NCBI GenBank assembly: GCA_902779455.1
Contig: CACZBS010000015.1
Span: forward strand, 26,700-90,699
DNA from: an uncultured Prevotellaceae bacterium
Lineage (GTDB): Bacteria; Bacteroidota; Bacteroidia; Bacteroidales; Bacteroidaceae
Reading direction: 5' to 3'
DNA: 64,000 nucleotides
Below are positions 39,700 through 52,556 of this stretch, one piece after another. The stretch's first letter is position 1. Every line of letters starts with the position of its first letter. A program made the translations under genes and the position numbers. The notes under the pieces were generated by a model. The model ran no database searches. It had not been told where the DNA came from and was given only the letters and a program-made list of their open reading frames with translations.

Positions 39700-39790
39700 T
39701 TATTCGTTATCTCGTTATAACGTTATTTCGTTATAACGGCATTCCGGCATTTCGTTATAACGTTATATCGTTATTCCGACATTTCTTTAT
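39700..39790 (-). repeat. Tandem 8-mer array (ATAACGAA family)
   Basis: Reverse complement reads ataacgatataacgttataacgaaatgccgga...; same family as 6324-6412. Confidence 0.75.
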
Positions 39791-39805
39791 TCCGCCGTTC
39801 CGGGC

Positions 39806-41038
39806 TCACCCGAAGAAGAAGTAGGCGATGGCGATGGCGGCGATGATGCCGGCCAGGTCGGCCAGCAGGCCGCAGACGACGGCGTGGCGGGTGTAGCGGA
39901 TGCCGACGCTGCCGAAGTAGACGGCTAATATATAAAAGGTGGTGTCCGTGGAGCCCTGGAAGATGCAGCTGAGGCGCCCTACGAACGAGTCGGCGCCGTA
40001 GGTCGTCATGGCGTCGACCATCATGCCGCGGGCACCGCTGCCCGAGAGGGGCTTCATCAGCGCCGTGGGCAGTGCTGCGACGAAGTCGGTGTCCAGTCCG
40101 ACGGCCCCCACGCACCAGGCGATGCCGTCGATGAGGGCGTCCATGGCGCCCGAGGCGCGGAAGACGCCGATGCCCACGAGGATGGCCACGAGGTAGGGGA
40201 TGATGCGCACGGCCGTCGTGAAGCCGTCCTTGGCGCCCTCGATGAAGGCGTCGTAGACGTTGACGCGCTTGCGCATGCCGGCCACGATGAACCCGACGAT
40301 GATGGTCATCAGCAGGATGTTGGCCACGCTCGTCGACACCAGGTTCATCTTCTCCGGGTCAAGCTGCGAGAAGCCCCAGATGGTGGCGGCCACGAAGGCG
40401 CAGACGCCTCCGAGGAAGAGCAGCAGCGTGCGGTTGAGCAGGTTGATGCGCTGATAGAGCGACGTGACGATGATGCCGGCCAGTGTGGAGAAGAACGTGG
40501 CCAGCAGGATCGGCACGAAGATGTCGGTCGGCTGTGCGGCCCCCATCTGTGCGCGGTAGACGAGGATAGAGACGGGAATGATGGTCAGTCCGCTCGTGTT
40601 GAGCACGAGGAACATGATCATTGGGTCGGTGGCCGTGTCCTTCCGCGTGTTCAGCTCCTGCATCTGCTCCATCGCCTTCAGGCCCAGCGGCGTGGCCGCA
40701 TTGTCCAGTCCCAGCATGTTGGCCGCGATGTTCATGAAGATGGAGCCCGTGACGGGGTGCCCCTTCGGGATCTGCGGGAACAGTCGCACGAAGACGGGGC
40801 TGAGCAGTCGTGCCAGCACACCCACCACGCCGCCGCGCTCGCCGATCTTCATGATGCCGAGCCACAGCGACAGGACGCCCGTCAGTCCGAGTGAGATTTC
40901 AAACGCGGTCTTCGACGACGAGAACGTCGAGTCCATCATAGCGGGGAAGACGTCGAAGTCGCCCCAGAACACGAGCTTCACCAGCGCCACGATGAAGGCG
41001 ATGACGAAGAATGCAATCCAAATGTAATTCAGTACCAT
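39806..41038 (-). CDS. SpmA/SpmB fusion (nucleoside-recognition/Gate domain) membrane protein
   Basis: NMLGLDNAATPLGLKAM, FIEGAKDGF, KPLSGSGA and GSTDTTFYILAVYFG motifs; start reassigned to ATG 41038. Confidence 0.9.
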   Translation of the reverse strand: MVLNYIWIAFFVIAFIVALVKLVFWGDFDVFPAMMDSTFSSSKTAFEISLGLTGVLSLWLGIMKIGERGGVVGVLARLLSPVFVRLFPQIPKGHPVTGSIFMNIAANMLGLDNAATPLGLKAMEQMQELNTRKDTATDPMIMFLVLNTSGLTIIPVSILVYRAQMGAAQPTDIFVPILLATFFSTLAGIIVTSLYQRINLLNRTLLLFLGGVCAFVAATIWGFSQLDPEKMNLVSTSVANILLMTIIVGFIVAGMRKRVNVYDAFIEGAKDGFTTAVRIIPYLVAILVGIGVFRASGAMDALIDGIAWCVGAVGLDTDFVAALPTALMKPLSGSGARGMMVDAMTTYGADSFVGRLSCIFQGSTDTTFYILAVYFGSVGIRYTRHAVVCGLLADLAGIIAAIAIAYFFFG

Positions 41039-41171
41039 AACGGCTGCAAAGGTACAGTTTTTTTGCCGAAACTGATTGCGTTTCGGCAAAAAACTCGCAG
41101 CCGGCTGGTAATTTTTGGGGGAGGGAAATGCGAGCTATGAGAATTACCACCATTTTTGATAATGGATTCAT

Positions 41172-41260
41172 GGGAAGGGCGGGGCAGCCCCGCTCCCGCC
41201 GGGCAGTGCGCCAGCCGCTCCCCTCCCTTCAAGGGGAGGGGCCGGGGGTGGGGTCTGTAA
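41172..41260. repeat. MITE/REP-like element copy C (right arm only)
   Basis: ctcccctcccttcaaggggaggggccgggggtggggtctgtaa. Confidence 0.8.
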
Positions 41261-41307
41261 CTATTTCTGCGTAAAGAAGGCACTCACACTTCCTCGGATT
41301 TAAAGTC

Positions 41308-41502
41308 AGAGACCCCACCCCCAACCCCTCCCCTTGAAGGGAGGGGAGTGGCTGCGCCGTCATTCCCATTATTGCGCCGCCCCATTATTGTGCCGCCCCA
41401 TTATTGTGCCGCCCCGATATTGTGCCGCCTCGTTATTGCCCCGTCATCCCTGTCGGGCCGTGTGCTAACCACTCCCCTCCTTCGGAGGGGCCGGGGGAGG
41501 CT
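41308..41502. repeat. MITE/REP-like element copy D with five internal 16-nt tandem units
   Basis: Left terminal repeat as in copy A; cccattattgtgccgc x5 at 41365-41444. Confidence 0.85.
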
Positions 41503-41512
41503 CTTTCTTCCC

Positions 41513-44500
41513 TTAATCCCCACTCACTATCATTCCTACCAGCGCGGTCAGGTCGGCGACGGTGACGCCGCCGTCCTCGTTGACGTCAGACATCTCGGTG
41601 TCTGCGGCCGTGCCGACGATGATGCCGGCGAGCACCGTCAGGTCGTCGCCATCGACCGTGCCGTCCATGTTGACGTCGCCGCGCACGTAGGTCGGGCAGG
41701 TCAGGGTCACCCACAGATTCTTGGCTGGTAAGTATATTCTGTCTACTCTACCCGTGCCTGAACTTATGCATACATTGTTGTTTACGAAGTAACCCTGTGT
41801 GGTGTTTGTGCCATCCTGGCTTCTCACCAGCAGCGAGGCGCCCGCGGGATAGGTCAGCGCCTTCAGCTGGCCTATGCTCACTTTTTTGCCGATGGCCTTG
41901 ACCACCGTGCCGTTGCCCTCTACGTTCAGTGTGCCGACGCATGCGGCCTCGCTTACTCCGTTTAATCCATCCCGCGTGAAGCCGCTGATGCCGTAGCTGT
42001 CGGATGATGTTGCTTCGCTGGCGTCGGCAATGACCTCGGCACCGCCCTTGATGGTCAGCGTGTTGTCATTCCAGGAAAGGTCGATGGCGTTGTTGTCAGT
42101 TTTGAATGTCACCTTGCCCGGGCCCGTGATGGTGACGTCGCAGTAGGCGTCCAGTCCGCCGCCCTTCGACATGTTGAATGTGCTCTCGCCGTTGAGCTTG
42201 ATCGTCAGGCCGGGGATGCTGTCGCGGATAGCGTAGGCCGCTGTCGAGCCGATCCAGGCACTGTCGAGCGTCAGCGTGTTCGTCATCTCGTCGTAGGAGA
42301 TGCGTCCCTGGTCATAGCGGGTCAGATTCTCGATGTCGTTGCAGTTGGCCGTCGTCACCCGCGTGCCGTTGACCCACAGGTCGTACTCCACGGGCTGACC
42401 CTCGTAGTCAGTCCAGGTATAGCCGTTAGTGGTGTATTGCGGGTTCCATCCCTTCTCCTTCAAGAAGTCAACCAGGCGGACCGTCAGGACGTTGCCCTCA
42501 GCGGCGTAGCCCTGATAGTAAGCCCTCAGGTTGGCGGCCGACGTCCGTCGGGGCAGTGCTTCGGCTATGGCCTGCATGGCGTCGGCCTTGAGCTGGTTGG
42601 CGTAGAGGTGGACCTCACGCAGCAGGCTGTAATTGGGCAGGCTGACGGCCGTGAGTCTGTTCTTTTCGGCGGAAAGATACTTGATATTGCCGGCGCCGCT
42701 CAGGTCGAGCTCGGTCAGCTTGTTGCCGCCGCAGGAGAGAGAGCTCAGCATGGTCAGCGTCGCGACGTCCAAAGAGTCGAGCCGGTTGTTGGAGCAGCCG
42801 AGGGTGCGCAGGTCTGTCAGCAGGTTGAGCCCCCGGATGATGCTCAGCTGGTTGTTGTCGCAATTCACGCTCTGCAGCTTGACGTTGCTCGTGAGGTCGA
42901 GTTCGGTCAGCTGATTGTCCTCGAGGCTGAGGTTGGTCAGCTCGTCGCAGCCCGTCAGGTTCAGTGAGCTGAGGCCGCATTCCCAGCCAATCAGCCAGCG
43001 CAGCTTCTTGAGCATACTGGCGTCGAAGCTGGTGATGCCTTCGTTCTGGCTGAACTCCAGATGCGTCAGGTTGGGCAGGTAGGCCACGGGTTGGAATCCG
43101 TCGCTGGTCAGGTTGTTGCTCGAGCAATTGAGGTAGGTCAGGTTTCTCAGGTAATTGATGCCCTCTATCGAGGCGATGCTCTTGCCCTGAAGGTCGAGGC
43201 TGGTGATGGCAGCTATCTCGTCGTCGGTCAGCAGGGAGTCGCGGCCGTACGACTGGCTGAGCAGGTAGCGGCGGAAGCGCTCGTCGGGAAAGTTGTATTC
43301 GTTGATGCCGACGCCCTTGACGCCGGTAGTGATATTGACCCACATCGTCGTCCCATTGCCGGCATGATAGCCATAGCACACCTCGTCGAAATCGAAGCCG
43401 TTCATATTGATGAGCAGGTACTCGCCCCGCATAAGCGGTTTGGAGATTTTATAGCGCCCTTTATTGTAGACGTAGTAACTGAGGTTGAAAATGGAATCAA
43501 CGTTGACCTTGCTGTTCAGCCGCACGTATAAACCTCCGTCAATGTCCACGGCCTGACCCACTAAGTACTGGTCGCAGTTTGACAAGTTGCTGATTCGGGT
43601 GGGCGTGACGTCGAGCGCATACAGTTGGTTGCCGTGGAAGTAGCCATGCCAAAGTGCAGCGTTGTGCGAAAGGTCAATCGTAGTCAGTTTGTTGTAATCG
43701 CAAAAAAACCATGCCAATGACGTCATTCCTGACACGTCAATTGAGGATAGTCCGCAATTATTGCAACTCAGGAGCCACAATTCTTCAGGATGCGGGATGG
43801 CGCTGAGATCTTCGCCGCTGACCTTCGTGCTGTCGCAGTACAGTTGTCTTACTGAGCCGTTGCCTGCCGACGACCAGGTGATGCCGTTGATGGGGGAATT
43901 GGAACAATTGACGCTGTTGTACCGGTTGTCGCCCAGGTCGAGGGTGGTGAGCTGGGTGTGGCGGCAGTCCAGTTCCGTCAGGTGCGTAGTTGGTTTGTAG
44001 TTGATCGTTGGCAGGAACAACGCCGTCAGGGGGTTATAGCTACAGTTAATGGTCTGGATGCTGGGCGACGTGATGTTAAGTATTGTGAGCTGATTATTAT
44101 GGCAATCAAGATAATTCAGCACTGTCGCACGGCCCAGGTTGAGCGCGGTCAGCCGGTTGTCGTAGCACTTAACTGACAGCAAGCTCGTGCAGCCTTGCAA
44201 GTTGAGCGTGGTGAGTTTGTTCTGCTGGCAATGCACCACTTCAAGCTTCTCACAGCCTTGCAGGTTAAGCGACTCGAGTTGCAGGCCCTCGGTATAGAAG
44301 GTCGACATCTGCATGCCCGAGAGGTCGAGGGCCTTCAGGTCTGTAGAATAGACATGTATCCACTGATCCTCAACCTCGCACTGGGAGAAGTATTGGATGC
44401 CCTCAACACTCTTGCACCCTTCGGGGATGATAATTAGTTTCACATGCTTGCGCTCATAGTCCGACAGCTTGCCGTCCTCGCCGACAAGGGGCTGGACGGT

Positions 44501-44656
44501 GATGCTCTTCATATATTGCATCTGAGTTAGCACATAATTCCGAAACACGGGGTCGGGGAAGTGCTCGGCGTCGATGGGGATGTCTTCGGCACGCATCTGC
44601 ATGCAGAAGCACGTCAGGGCCGCAATGGCCAAAAAGATTATTTTCTTCATCATCAT
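41513..44656 (-). CDS. Secreted internalin-like LRR protein with C-terminal dockerin-like domain
   Basis: Signal peptide; two FPDxxFRxY-capped LRR blocks (LxxLxCxxNxLxxL); RGDVNMDGTVDGDDL...DVNEDGGVTVADL dockerin pair. Confidence 0.88.
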   Translation of the reverse strand: MMMKKIIFLAIAALTCFCMQMRAEDIPIDAEHFPDPVFRNYVLTQMQYMKSITVQPLVGEDGKLSDYERKHVKLIIIPEGCKSVEGIQYFSQCEVEDQWIHVYSTDLKALDLSGMQMSTFYTEGLQLESLNLQGCEKLEVVHCQQNKLTTLNLQGCTSLLSVKCYDNRLTALNLGRATVLNYLDCHNNQLTILNITSPSIQTINCSYNPLTALFLPTINYKPTTHLTELDCRHTQLTTLDLGDNRYNSVNCSNSPINGITWSSAGNGSVRQLYCDSTKVSGEDLSAIPHPEELWLLSCNNCGLSSIDVSGMTSLAWFFCDYNKLTTIDLSHNAALWHGYFHGNQLYALDVTPTRISNLSNCDQYLVGQAVDIDGGLYVRLNSKVNVDSIFNLSYYVYNKGRYKISKPLMRGEYLLINMNGFDFDEVCYGYHAGNGTTMWVNITTGVKGVGINEYNFPDERFRRYLLSQSYGRDSLLTDDEIAAITSLDLQGKSIASIEGINYLRNLTYLNCSSNNLTSDGFQPVAYLPNLTHLEFSQNEGITSFDASMLKKLRWLIGWECGLSSLNLTGCDELTNLSLEDNQLTELDLTSNVKLQSVNCDNNQLSIIRGLNLLTDLRTLGCSNNRLDSLDVATLTMLSSLSCGGNKLTELDLSGAGNIKYLSAEKNRLTAVSLPNYSLLREVHLYANQLKADAMQAIAEALPRRTSAANLRAYYQGYAAEGNVLTVRLVDFLKEKGWNPQYTTNGYTWTDYEGQPVEYDLWVNGTRVTTANCNDIENLTRYDQGRISYDEMTNTLTLDSAWIGSTAAYAIRDSIPGLTIKLNGESTFNMSKGGGLDAYCDVTITGPGKVTFKTDNNAIDLSWNDNTLTIKGGAEVIADASEATSSDSYGISGFTRDGLNGVSEAACVGTLNVEGNGTVVKAIGKKVSIGQLKALTYPAGASLLVRSQDGTNTTQGYFVNNNVCISSGTGRVDRIYLPAKNLWVTLTCPTYVRGDVNMDGTVDGDDLTVLAGIIVGTAADTEMSDVNEDGGVTVADLTALVGMIVSGD

Positions 44657-44701
44657 ATCGTTGTTTTTTAGTTGTTATTTCTATATTTACACCGTCTTGC
44701 A

Positions 44702-44769
44702 GTAGGAGGCGACGTGTCCCACGTCGCAATCCAGCAGCTTGTTGCGACGTGAGACACGTCGCCTCCTAC
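44702..44769. repeat. GTAG-type REP doublet (REPIN-like)
   Basis: gtaggaggcgacgtgtcccacgtcgcaa ... ttgcgacgtgagacacgtcgcctcctac. Confidence 0.8.
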
Positions 44770-44904
44770 TTGTGCGCTGCAAAGTTAAGCATTTTTTTCG
44801 AAACAGACTTTGCATAATCGCGCATCGACTTTGCATAATTCGACAAAATCTTTGCACAATCGCGCATTTGGATTTGTTTTGCATCTAAATGCACTATATT
44901 GCTT

Positions 44905-44988
44905 CCGTCACGGCGTGACCGCATGCCGTCACGACGTGACGCCATGAAACCACGTCGTGACGGCATGCCGTCACGTCGTGACGGAATG
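44905..44988. repeat. 21-nt tandem array, second copy (4 units)
   Basis: ccgtcacgNcgtgacgNcatg units as at 11279. An unrelated 21-nt-period array (actttgcataatcgcgcat) precedes it at about 44796-44860. Confidence 0.85.
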
Positions 44989-45075
44989 AAGAGGCGGCAG
45001 AAAAAACAGTCAAATATTTTGCCGTTTCGGATTTTTTGTCTAATTTTGCAGAATGTAAATATTAATAAGGTATAT

Positions 45076-45942
45076 ATGAACAAGAACGTAAAATTCATAA
45101 TGGCCCTCGGCCTGCTGGCCATGACCGGCGCCACGGCCGGCGCCACGGAGCAGGGCGACACGCTCGTCTTCGAGCGGGTCGACAAGGTGAGAATCGAGAC
45201 GCGCGACACCGTGCAGCGCATCGTCATCAACGGCATGAAGGGCGAGCCTGACATGCGCTACGAGCAGCGTATCGCCATTCCCGACACGTCGGCCGTGCGC
45301 CGCCAGCTGCGGATGGAGGACTTCAACAAGGTGCGCATCCCGCGCAGCGACGGCAAGCCCAGCAAGTGGTCGTCGTCGTTCCATCTCAACATCGGCCTGG
45401 GCACGCTGACGGGCACTGACGACGTCGACGTGATGCGCGGCGTGGGCTTCGAGATCGGCCTCGCTGTCACGGCCGACTGGAACCCCTTCGGCAAGAAGAA
45501 CACGTGGAGCCTCGGCCTCGGCTACGACTATCGCACGTTCAAGGCCCCGAAGAACCAGTACTGGGCCAAGGACGGCGGCGTGATGCACTTCGTCCAGGCT
45601 GACCCGGCGTGGGAGGATCCCGACGCAATGTTCAGCGTCTCCTCGCTCCAGTTCCCCTTCTACTACACCCATACGTTCGACGCCCGCGGCCGCTGGAATG
45701 TGGCCCTCGGCGCCCTCTTCAACTTCAATTTTGGCTGGATTTATCGCTCTTACGACATCAACTATGAGCACTACGACGTCGACGCCGCCGCACGTGGCGT
45801 GCGTCTCTTCACCGTCGAGGGCTTTGCCGTCGTCGACGTGCCCTACCTGCCGCCCCTCTACGTGCGCTATGCGCCCATGTCGGTCTTCAAGGACGACAAG
45901 GGTCCCGATATGAACATGCTCACCTTCGGCATCTGCTTCTAA
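45076..45942 (+). CDS. Outer-membrane beta-barrel protein (porin-family-like)
   Basis: Signal peptide MNKNVKFIMALGLLAMTGATAGA; amphipathic strands; terminal Phe (TFGICF); start reassigned to ATG 45076. Confidence 0.7.
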   Translation: MNKNVKFIMALGLLAMTGATAGATEQGDTLVFERVDKVRIETRDTVQRIVINGMKGEPDMRYEQRIAIPDTSAVRRQLRMEDFNKVRIPRSDGKPSKWSSSFHLNIGLGTLTGTDDVDVMRGVGFEIGLAVTADWNPFGKKNTWSLGLGYDYRTFKAPKNQYWAKDGGVMHFVQADPAWEDPDAMFSVSSLQFPFYYTHTFDARGRWNVALGALFNFNFGWIYRSYDINYEHYDVDAAARGVRLFTVEGFAVVDVPYLPPLYVRYAPMSVFKDDKGPDMNMLTFGICF

Positions 45943-45960
45943 TCCCCCTGCGTCCGGCCT

Positions 45961-49212
<3,252 letters not shown>

Positions 49213-49284
49213 CTCGGAAGAATTCGTGTAATTAGTGAAATTCGTGGTCGAATAAATAGAAGTGAATTTGAATAATTAAATAGA

Positions 49285-49395
49285 ATGAACAGACGATTAG
49301 TTTTGCTGTTAGCATGCGTGTGCGGACTCGTCACGACACGTACTTTGACTTCCCTGTCAGTCAACTCGCAAATCGATGAAACCGCTAAAAATTGA
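49285..49395 (+). pseudogene. Possible 5' remnant of a secreted-protein gene (36 codons)
   Basis: A-rich initiation region, then MNRRLVLLLACVCGLVTTRTLTSLSVNSQIDETAKN*. Confidence 0.35.
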
Positions 49396-49412
49396 ACCTG
49401 TTATTGCTGAAA

Positions 49413-51047
49413 ATGAATAGAATGCGAACCTCGCTGACCCTTCTCTTCCTCGCCCTCACCTCGCTGGCACTTCAGGCCGTCGACGTCAAGACGGTCGACA
49501 GCCTCGTGCAGCGCTTCGAGACGTCGCCCGCCTCTGAGCGGCCCGACGTGGCTAACCGCCTGATGCAGATCTGCGTCGACGAACAGCTCTGCGACGAGCC
49601 CCTCCGCTTCGGCCCTGAGACGCATCCCGACACGCTCGCCCAGCAGGTCAGCTACTGGGCGGCCGAGCTCTACTATGCCTGTCAGGACTACGACCGCGCC
49701 ATCGCCAGCGCGCTGAAGGCCGAGCCCCTGAGCCGCGGCACCGACGTGGAGTCCGACGTGGTCAACCTGCTGGCACTGTCCTATTTCCGTACGGCCGACT
49801 ACGAGCATGCCGCTCAGTATGCCAAGCGCTGCTATCAGCTCGATGAGCAGACGGGCGATGCCGACCTCATGTCGTCGTCGCTCAACACGCTGGCCGGCAT
49901 CTACATCGGCGCCAACCAGCCCAAGGAGGCAGAGGGCTATATCCTAAAAGGTATCGAGATGGCCCGCAAGGCCGACAATCCCGCCCGCATGGCCGTCCTC
50001 CAGGGCATGGCCTCTGAGGTCTATCATGCCCTCGGACAGGACGCCAAGGCCCTCGGGTATATCAACGAGGCGTGCGACCTGGAGCGGCGGCTGGGGCGTC
50101 AGGACCGGCTGGCCGTGCGCACCACGCAGCGCGCCTCCGTCCTCATCGGACTCCATCACTACGAGGAGGCCGAGCGCGACCTTGGCGACGTCATCACCTA
50201 TCTGCGTACGACGCCCGACCGCCACTCCCTCGGCATCGCCCTCAACAAGCTGGGCATGGCCATCCTCCAGCAATACCGCGAGGCCGATGCGCTGCCCTGT
50301 TTCCGTGAGGCTGCCGACATCTTCAGCGACATGGGCGACATGGGCAATGAGATGCACGCGCGCCGCGGCCTCTACGAGTGTCTGCGCAAGAGCGACCCTG
50401 AGGCAGCCCATCGCGAGCTCGACCGCTTCGACCTGCTCAAGGACTCGCTCTACAGCCACGCCACGGCCGAGAGCCTGGCGCGATATAATGCCGAGTTCGG
50501 CGCACAATGGCTACAGCGTGAGAACGCGGCGCAGCGCCGCACGCTGTGGCTCCTCGGCGCGGCCCTGCTGTTGCTCTGCGTCGTCGCCGTCGGCGTCTGG
50601 CTCTACATGCACCGCCGCTATCAGGTGCGCGAGGAGGCCCTCCGCATCATCATCGACCAGCTGCGCCATGACGCTGACGACGCCTTTGACGCAGATGCCG
50701 ACGTCGTCCGCACGGCGCCTTCCAACCATGAACTTCTCAGCCACGTCGTGGCCTATGTCATGGCCAACCTCCCCAAGGGCGACCGCAGCCTGGAGGGCCT
50801 CGCCGCCGAGCTGAACATCTCGCGCAGTCAGCTCAACCGCCGCATCAAGTTGCTCACCGGCGTCACCGCCCAGCAGTATGTGCTGCAGGTGAGGCTCGAG
50901 CATGCCCGTCTGCTGTTGCAGGAACACCCCGGGATGTCGGTCGCCGAGATCGGTTTCCAGTGTGGATTTGAGAGTGCTGCGAGCTTCTCGCGCGCCTTCC
51001 GACGCGCCTTCGGCGTGGCACCCTCACAGTTCCGGACGGCGATGTGA
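49413..51047 (+). CDS. TPR-TM-AraC transcriptional regulator
   Basis: Signal peptide, TPR helices (SSSLNTLAGIY), TM segment (LWLLGAALLLLCVVAVGVWLY) and AraC HTH (VRLEHARLLL...EIGFQCGFESAASFSRAFRRAFGVAPSQFR). Confidence 0.9.
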   Translation: MNRMRTSLTLLFLALTSLALQAVDVKTVDSLVQRFETSPASERPDVANRLMQICVDEQLCDEPLRFGPETHPDTLAQQVSYWAAELYYACQDYDRAIASALKAEPLSRGTDVESDVVNLLALSYFRTADYEHAAQYAKRCYQLDEQTGDADLMSSSLNTLAGIYIGANQPKEAEGYILKGIEMARKADNPARMAVLQGMASEVYHALGQDAKALGYINEACDLERRLGRQDRLAVRTTQRASVLIGLHHYEEAERDLGDVITYLRTTPDRHSLGIALNKLGMAILQQYREADALPCFREAADIFSDMGDMGNEMHARRGLYECLRKSDPEAAHRELDRFDLLKDSLYSHATAESLARYNAEFGAQWLQRENAAQRRTLWLLGAALLLLCVVAVGVWLYMHRRYQVREEALRIIIDQLRHDADDAFDADADVVRTAPSNHELLSHVVAYVMANLPKGDRSLEGLAAELNISRSQLNRRIKLLTGVTAQQYVLQVRLEHARLLLQEHPGMSVAEIGFQCGFESAASFSRAFRRAFGVAPSQFRTAM

Positions 51048-51206
51048 CGGGTTCTGATTCTCAGTCGACCTCCTCGTCGGCCTCATAGCCACCCATCTCG
51101 CGGATGGCGTTCTTCAGTCCCTGCAATAGTTCGCATTATTTCTATAAAAATAATTGGACTCGTGCAGTCTTTTACATGATTATCGGACATAATAAATAGA
51201 GACATC

Positions 51207-51617
51207 ATGTTTTCGATGGAAGTTATGCGGCTGATAGAACGATGCAGACAGGGGGACGCGGATGCCCTCGGAGAACTGTACAAAGCATACGCCCAACGGA
51301 TGAGGGGCGTATGCCGTCGGTATGTCAGTGACGAACAAACCATCAGCGATGTGCTGCATGACTCCTTCGTGATCATCTTCACCTCCTTTGACAAACTGCG
51401 CGATGACAGGAAGGCTGAGGCATGGATGATGTCGATAACGAGAAATGTGGCCTCGAAATATAAAGACCATCTGGCAAAGATGACCTTTGTGCCGCTGGAG
51501 GAAGCGGAGCATTTGCAGATGTCGAAGCCAGAGAGCGAAGTGAGAGGCGTGCCGTTGGAGGATGTAATGCAGCTCGTAGACGGTCTGCCGGAAGGCTACG
51601 GACAGGTATTCCAATAA
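51207..51617 (+). pseudogene. ECF sigma factor truncated at the start of region 4
   Basis: Region 2 LYKAY...DVLHDSFVIIF...AWMMSITRN is present, but the ORF stops at LPEGYGQVFQ* without the region-4 HTH. Confidence 0.85.
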
Positions 51618-51622
51618 ATCAC

Positions 51623-51661
51623 AAATGTCGCTTTGTCGTTTTGTCGTATTTCTCGCGCTTC
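51623..51661 (+). repeat. Left direct repeat (TGTCGTTT x3 + CTCGCGCTTC)
   Basis: aaatgtcgctttgtcgttttgtcgtatttctcgcgcttc matches 59796-59836. Confidence 0.8.
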
Positions 51662-51742
51662 TGCATGAAACACTGCGTAAACGAAAGATTCGCCCAGCTG
51701 TCACAGCGGAGCGAATCTATCAAAGAAGCAAAAACCCCTGAT

Positions 51743-51853
51743 TCATCCGATGGCGTTTACACAGGCCGTGATGCCCAGCGCCGTCGCGATGCCCGACAGG
51801 ATGTAGAGCAGCGCATTGACGACGAACTTCCAAAAAGCCTTATTCTTCCACAT
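51743..51853 (-). CDS. Smalltalk-family small membrane peptide (36 aa)
   Basis: Below the ORF-track cutoff. MWKNKAFWKFVVNALLYILSGIATALGITACVNAIG*, directly downstream of the HU-like gene, the usual context for this family. Confidence 0.8.
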   Translation of the reverse strand: MWKNKAFWKFVVNALLYILSGIATALGITACVNAIG

Positions 51854-51929
51854 AGCAGTAAGATTGAAGATTAAACATTGAAGATTAGAAAGAGCCCCGC
51901 CAGCTCAGATGCAGGAGGGGCCCCATTGT

Positions 51930-52442
51930 TCAGTCGCCGGGGTTTTCGACGACGGGCTCGTTGTCGTTGCCGCCGCTCGAGGTGCCGCCACCGCCCGTGG
52001 AGCCGCCATCGCTTTCGCCGCCGGTGTACGTCATACCCAGCGAGGCGATGTCCTTGAGCGCCACCTTCTTGCGCAGCGAGACGCTGTCGAGCATAGCGCG
52101 GGAGCTCGAGTCGGGCAGGAAGCGCAGGCGCACGTTCTTGATCTGGTCCATCGTGGCCTCGTCGGCCGACTCGGCGGCGGTGCTGCTCACGGAGAGGTAG
52201 AACGTGCCGAGGCCGTCAATCTTCACCTTCTTCGACTCCATCAGCTGCTCGATGAGACAGTTGCGGAAAGCCTTCAGCACGCCCTGGACGATGTCCTCGG
52301 TGTAGGGCGAGCCGTGATCGACGATGTGCTTGCCGAGATCCTCGAGACTCAGCGTAGCGATGTGAACAGCCCGACGGTAGAACTTGCCTTTAGTCTTTTC
52401 GTTGTTCACAGTGTTCTGATACAAACGGGTCAAAAGTGCCAT
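51930..52442 (-). CDS. HU-related DNA-binding protein (Bacteroidota HU_rel type)
   Basis: KGKFYRR, IVQGVLKAF...LMESKKVKIDGLGTF and a Gly-rich acidic tail. Confidence 0.9.
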   Translation of the reverse strand: MALLTRLYQNTVNNEKTKGKFYRRAVHIATLSLEDLGKHIVDHGSPYTEDIVQGVLKAFRNCLIEQLMESKKVKIDGLGTFYLSVSSTAAESADEATMDQIKNVRLRFLPDSSSRAMLDSVSLRKKVALKDIASLGMTYTGGESDGGSTGGGGTSSGGNDNEPVVENPGD

Positions 52443-52556
52443 AGTTGTAAGAATTTTTAGTTAAACATGTTATCCTGAAAGGGCAATCCCTTTACACCTG
52501 CAAAGTTACGAAATCGGAGGCCCCGATGCAAACGAGGCCCCCGGTTTTAACGTTTT

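Noticed and set aside
41715-41830. DGR variable region before the dockerin
   Set aside because: No reverse transcriptase or template repeat in the window, and the segment is A-rich rather than A-depleted.
44899-45075. N-terminal extensions in the ORF track (also 9287, 28443, 41089, 19279, 49392)
   Set aside because: They run through promoter motifs or repeats; downstream ATGs give proper signal peptides or conserved starts.
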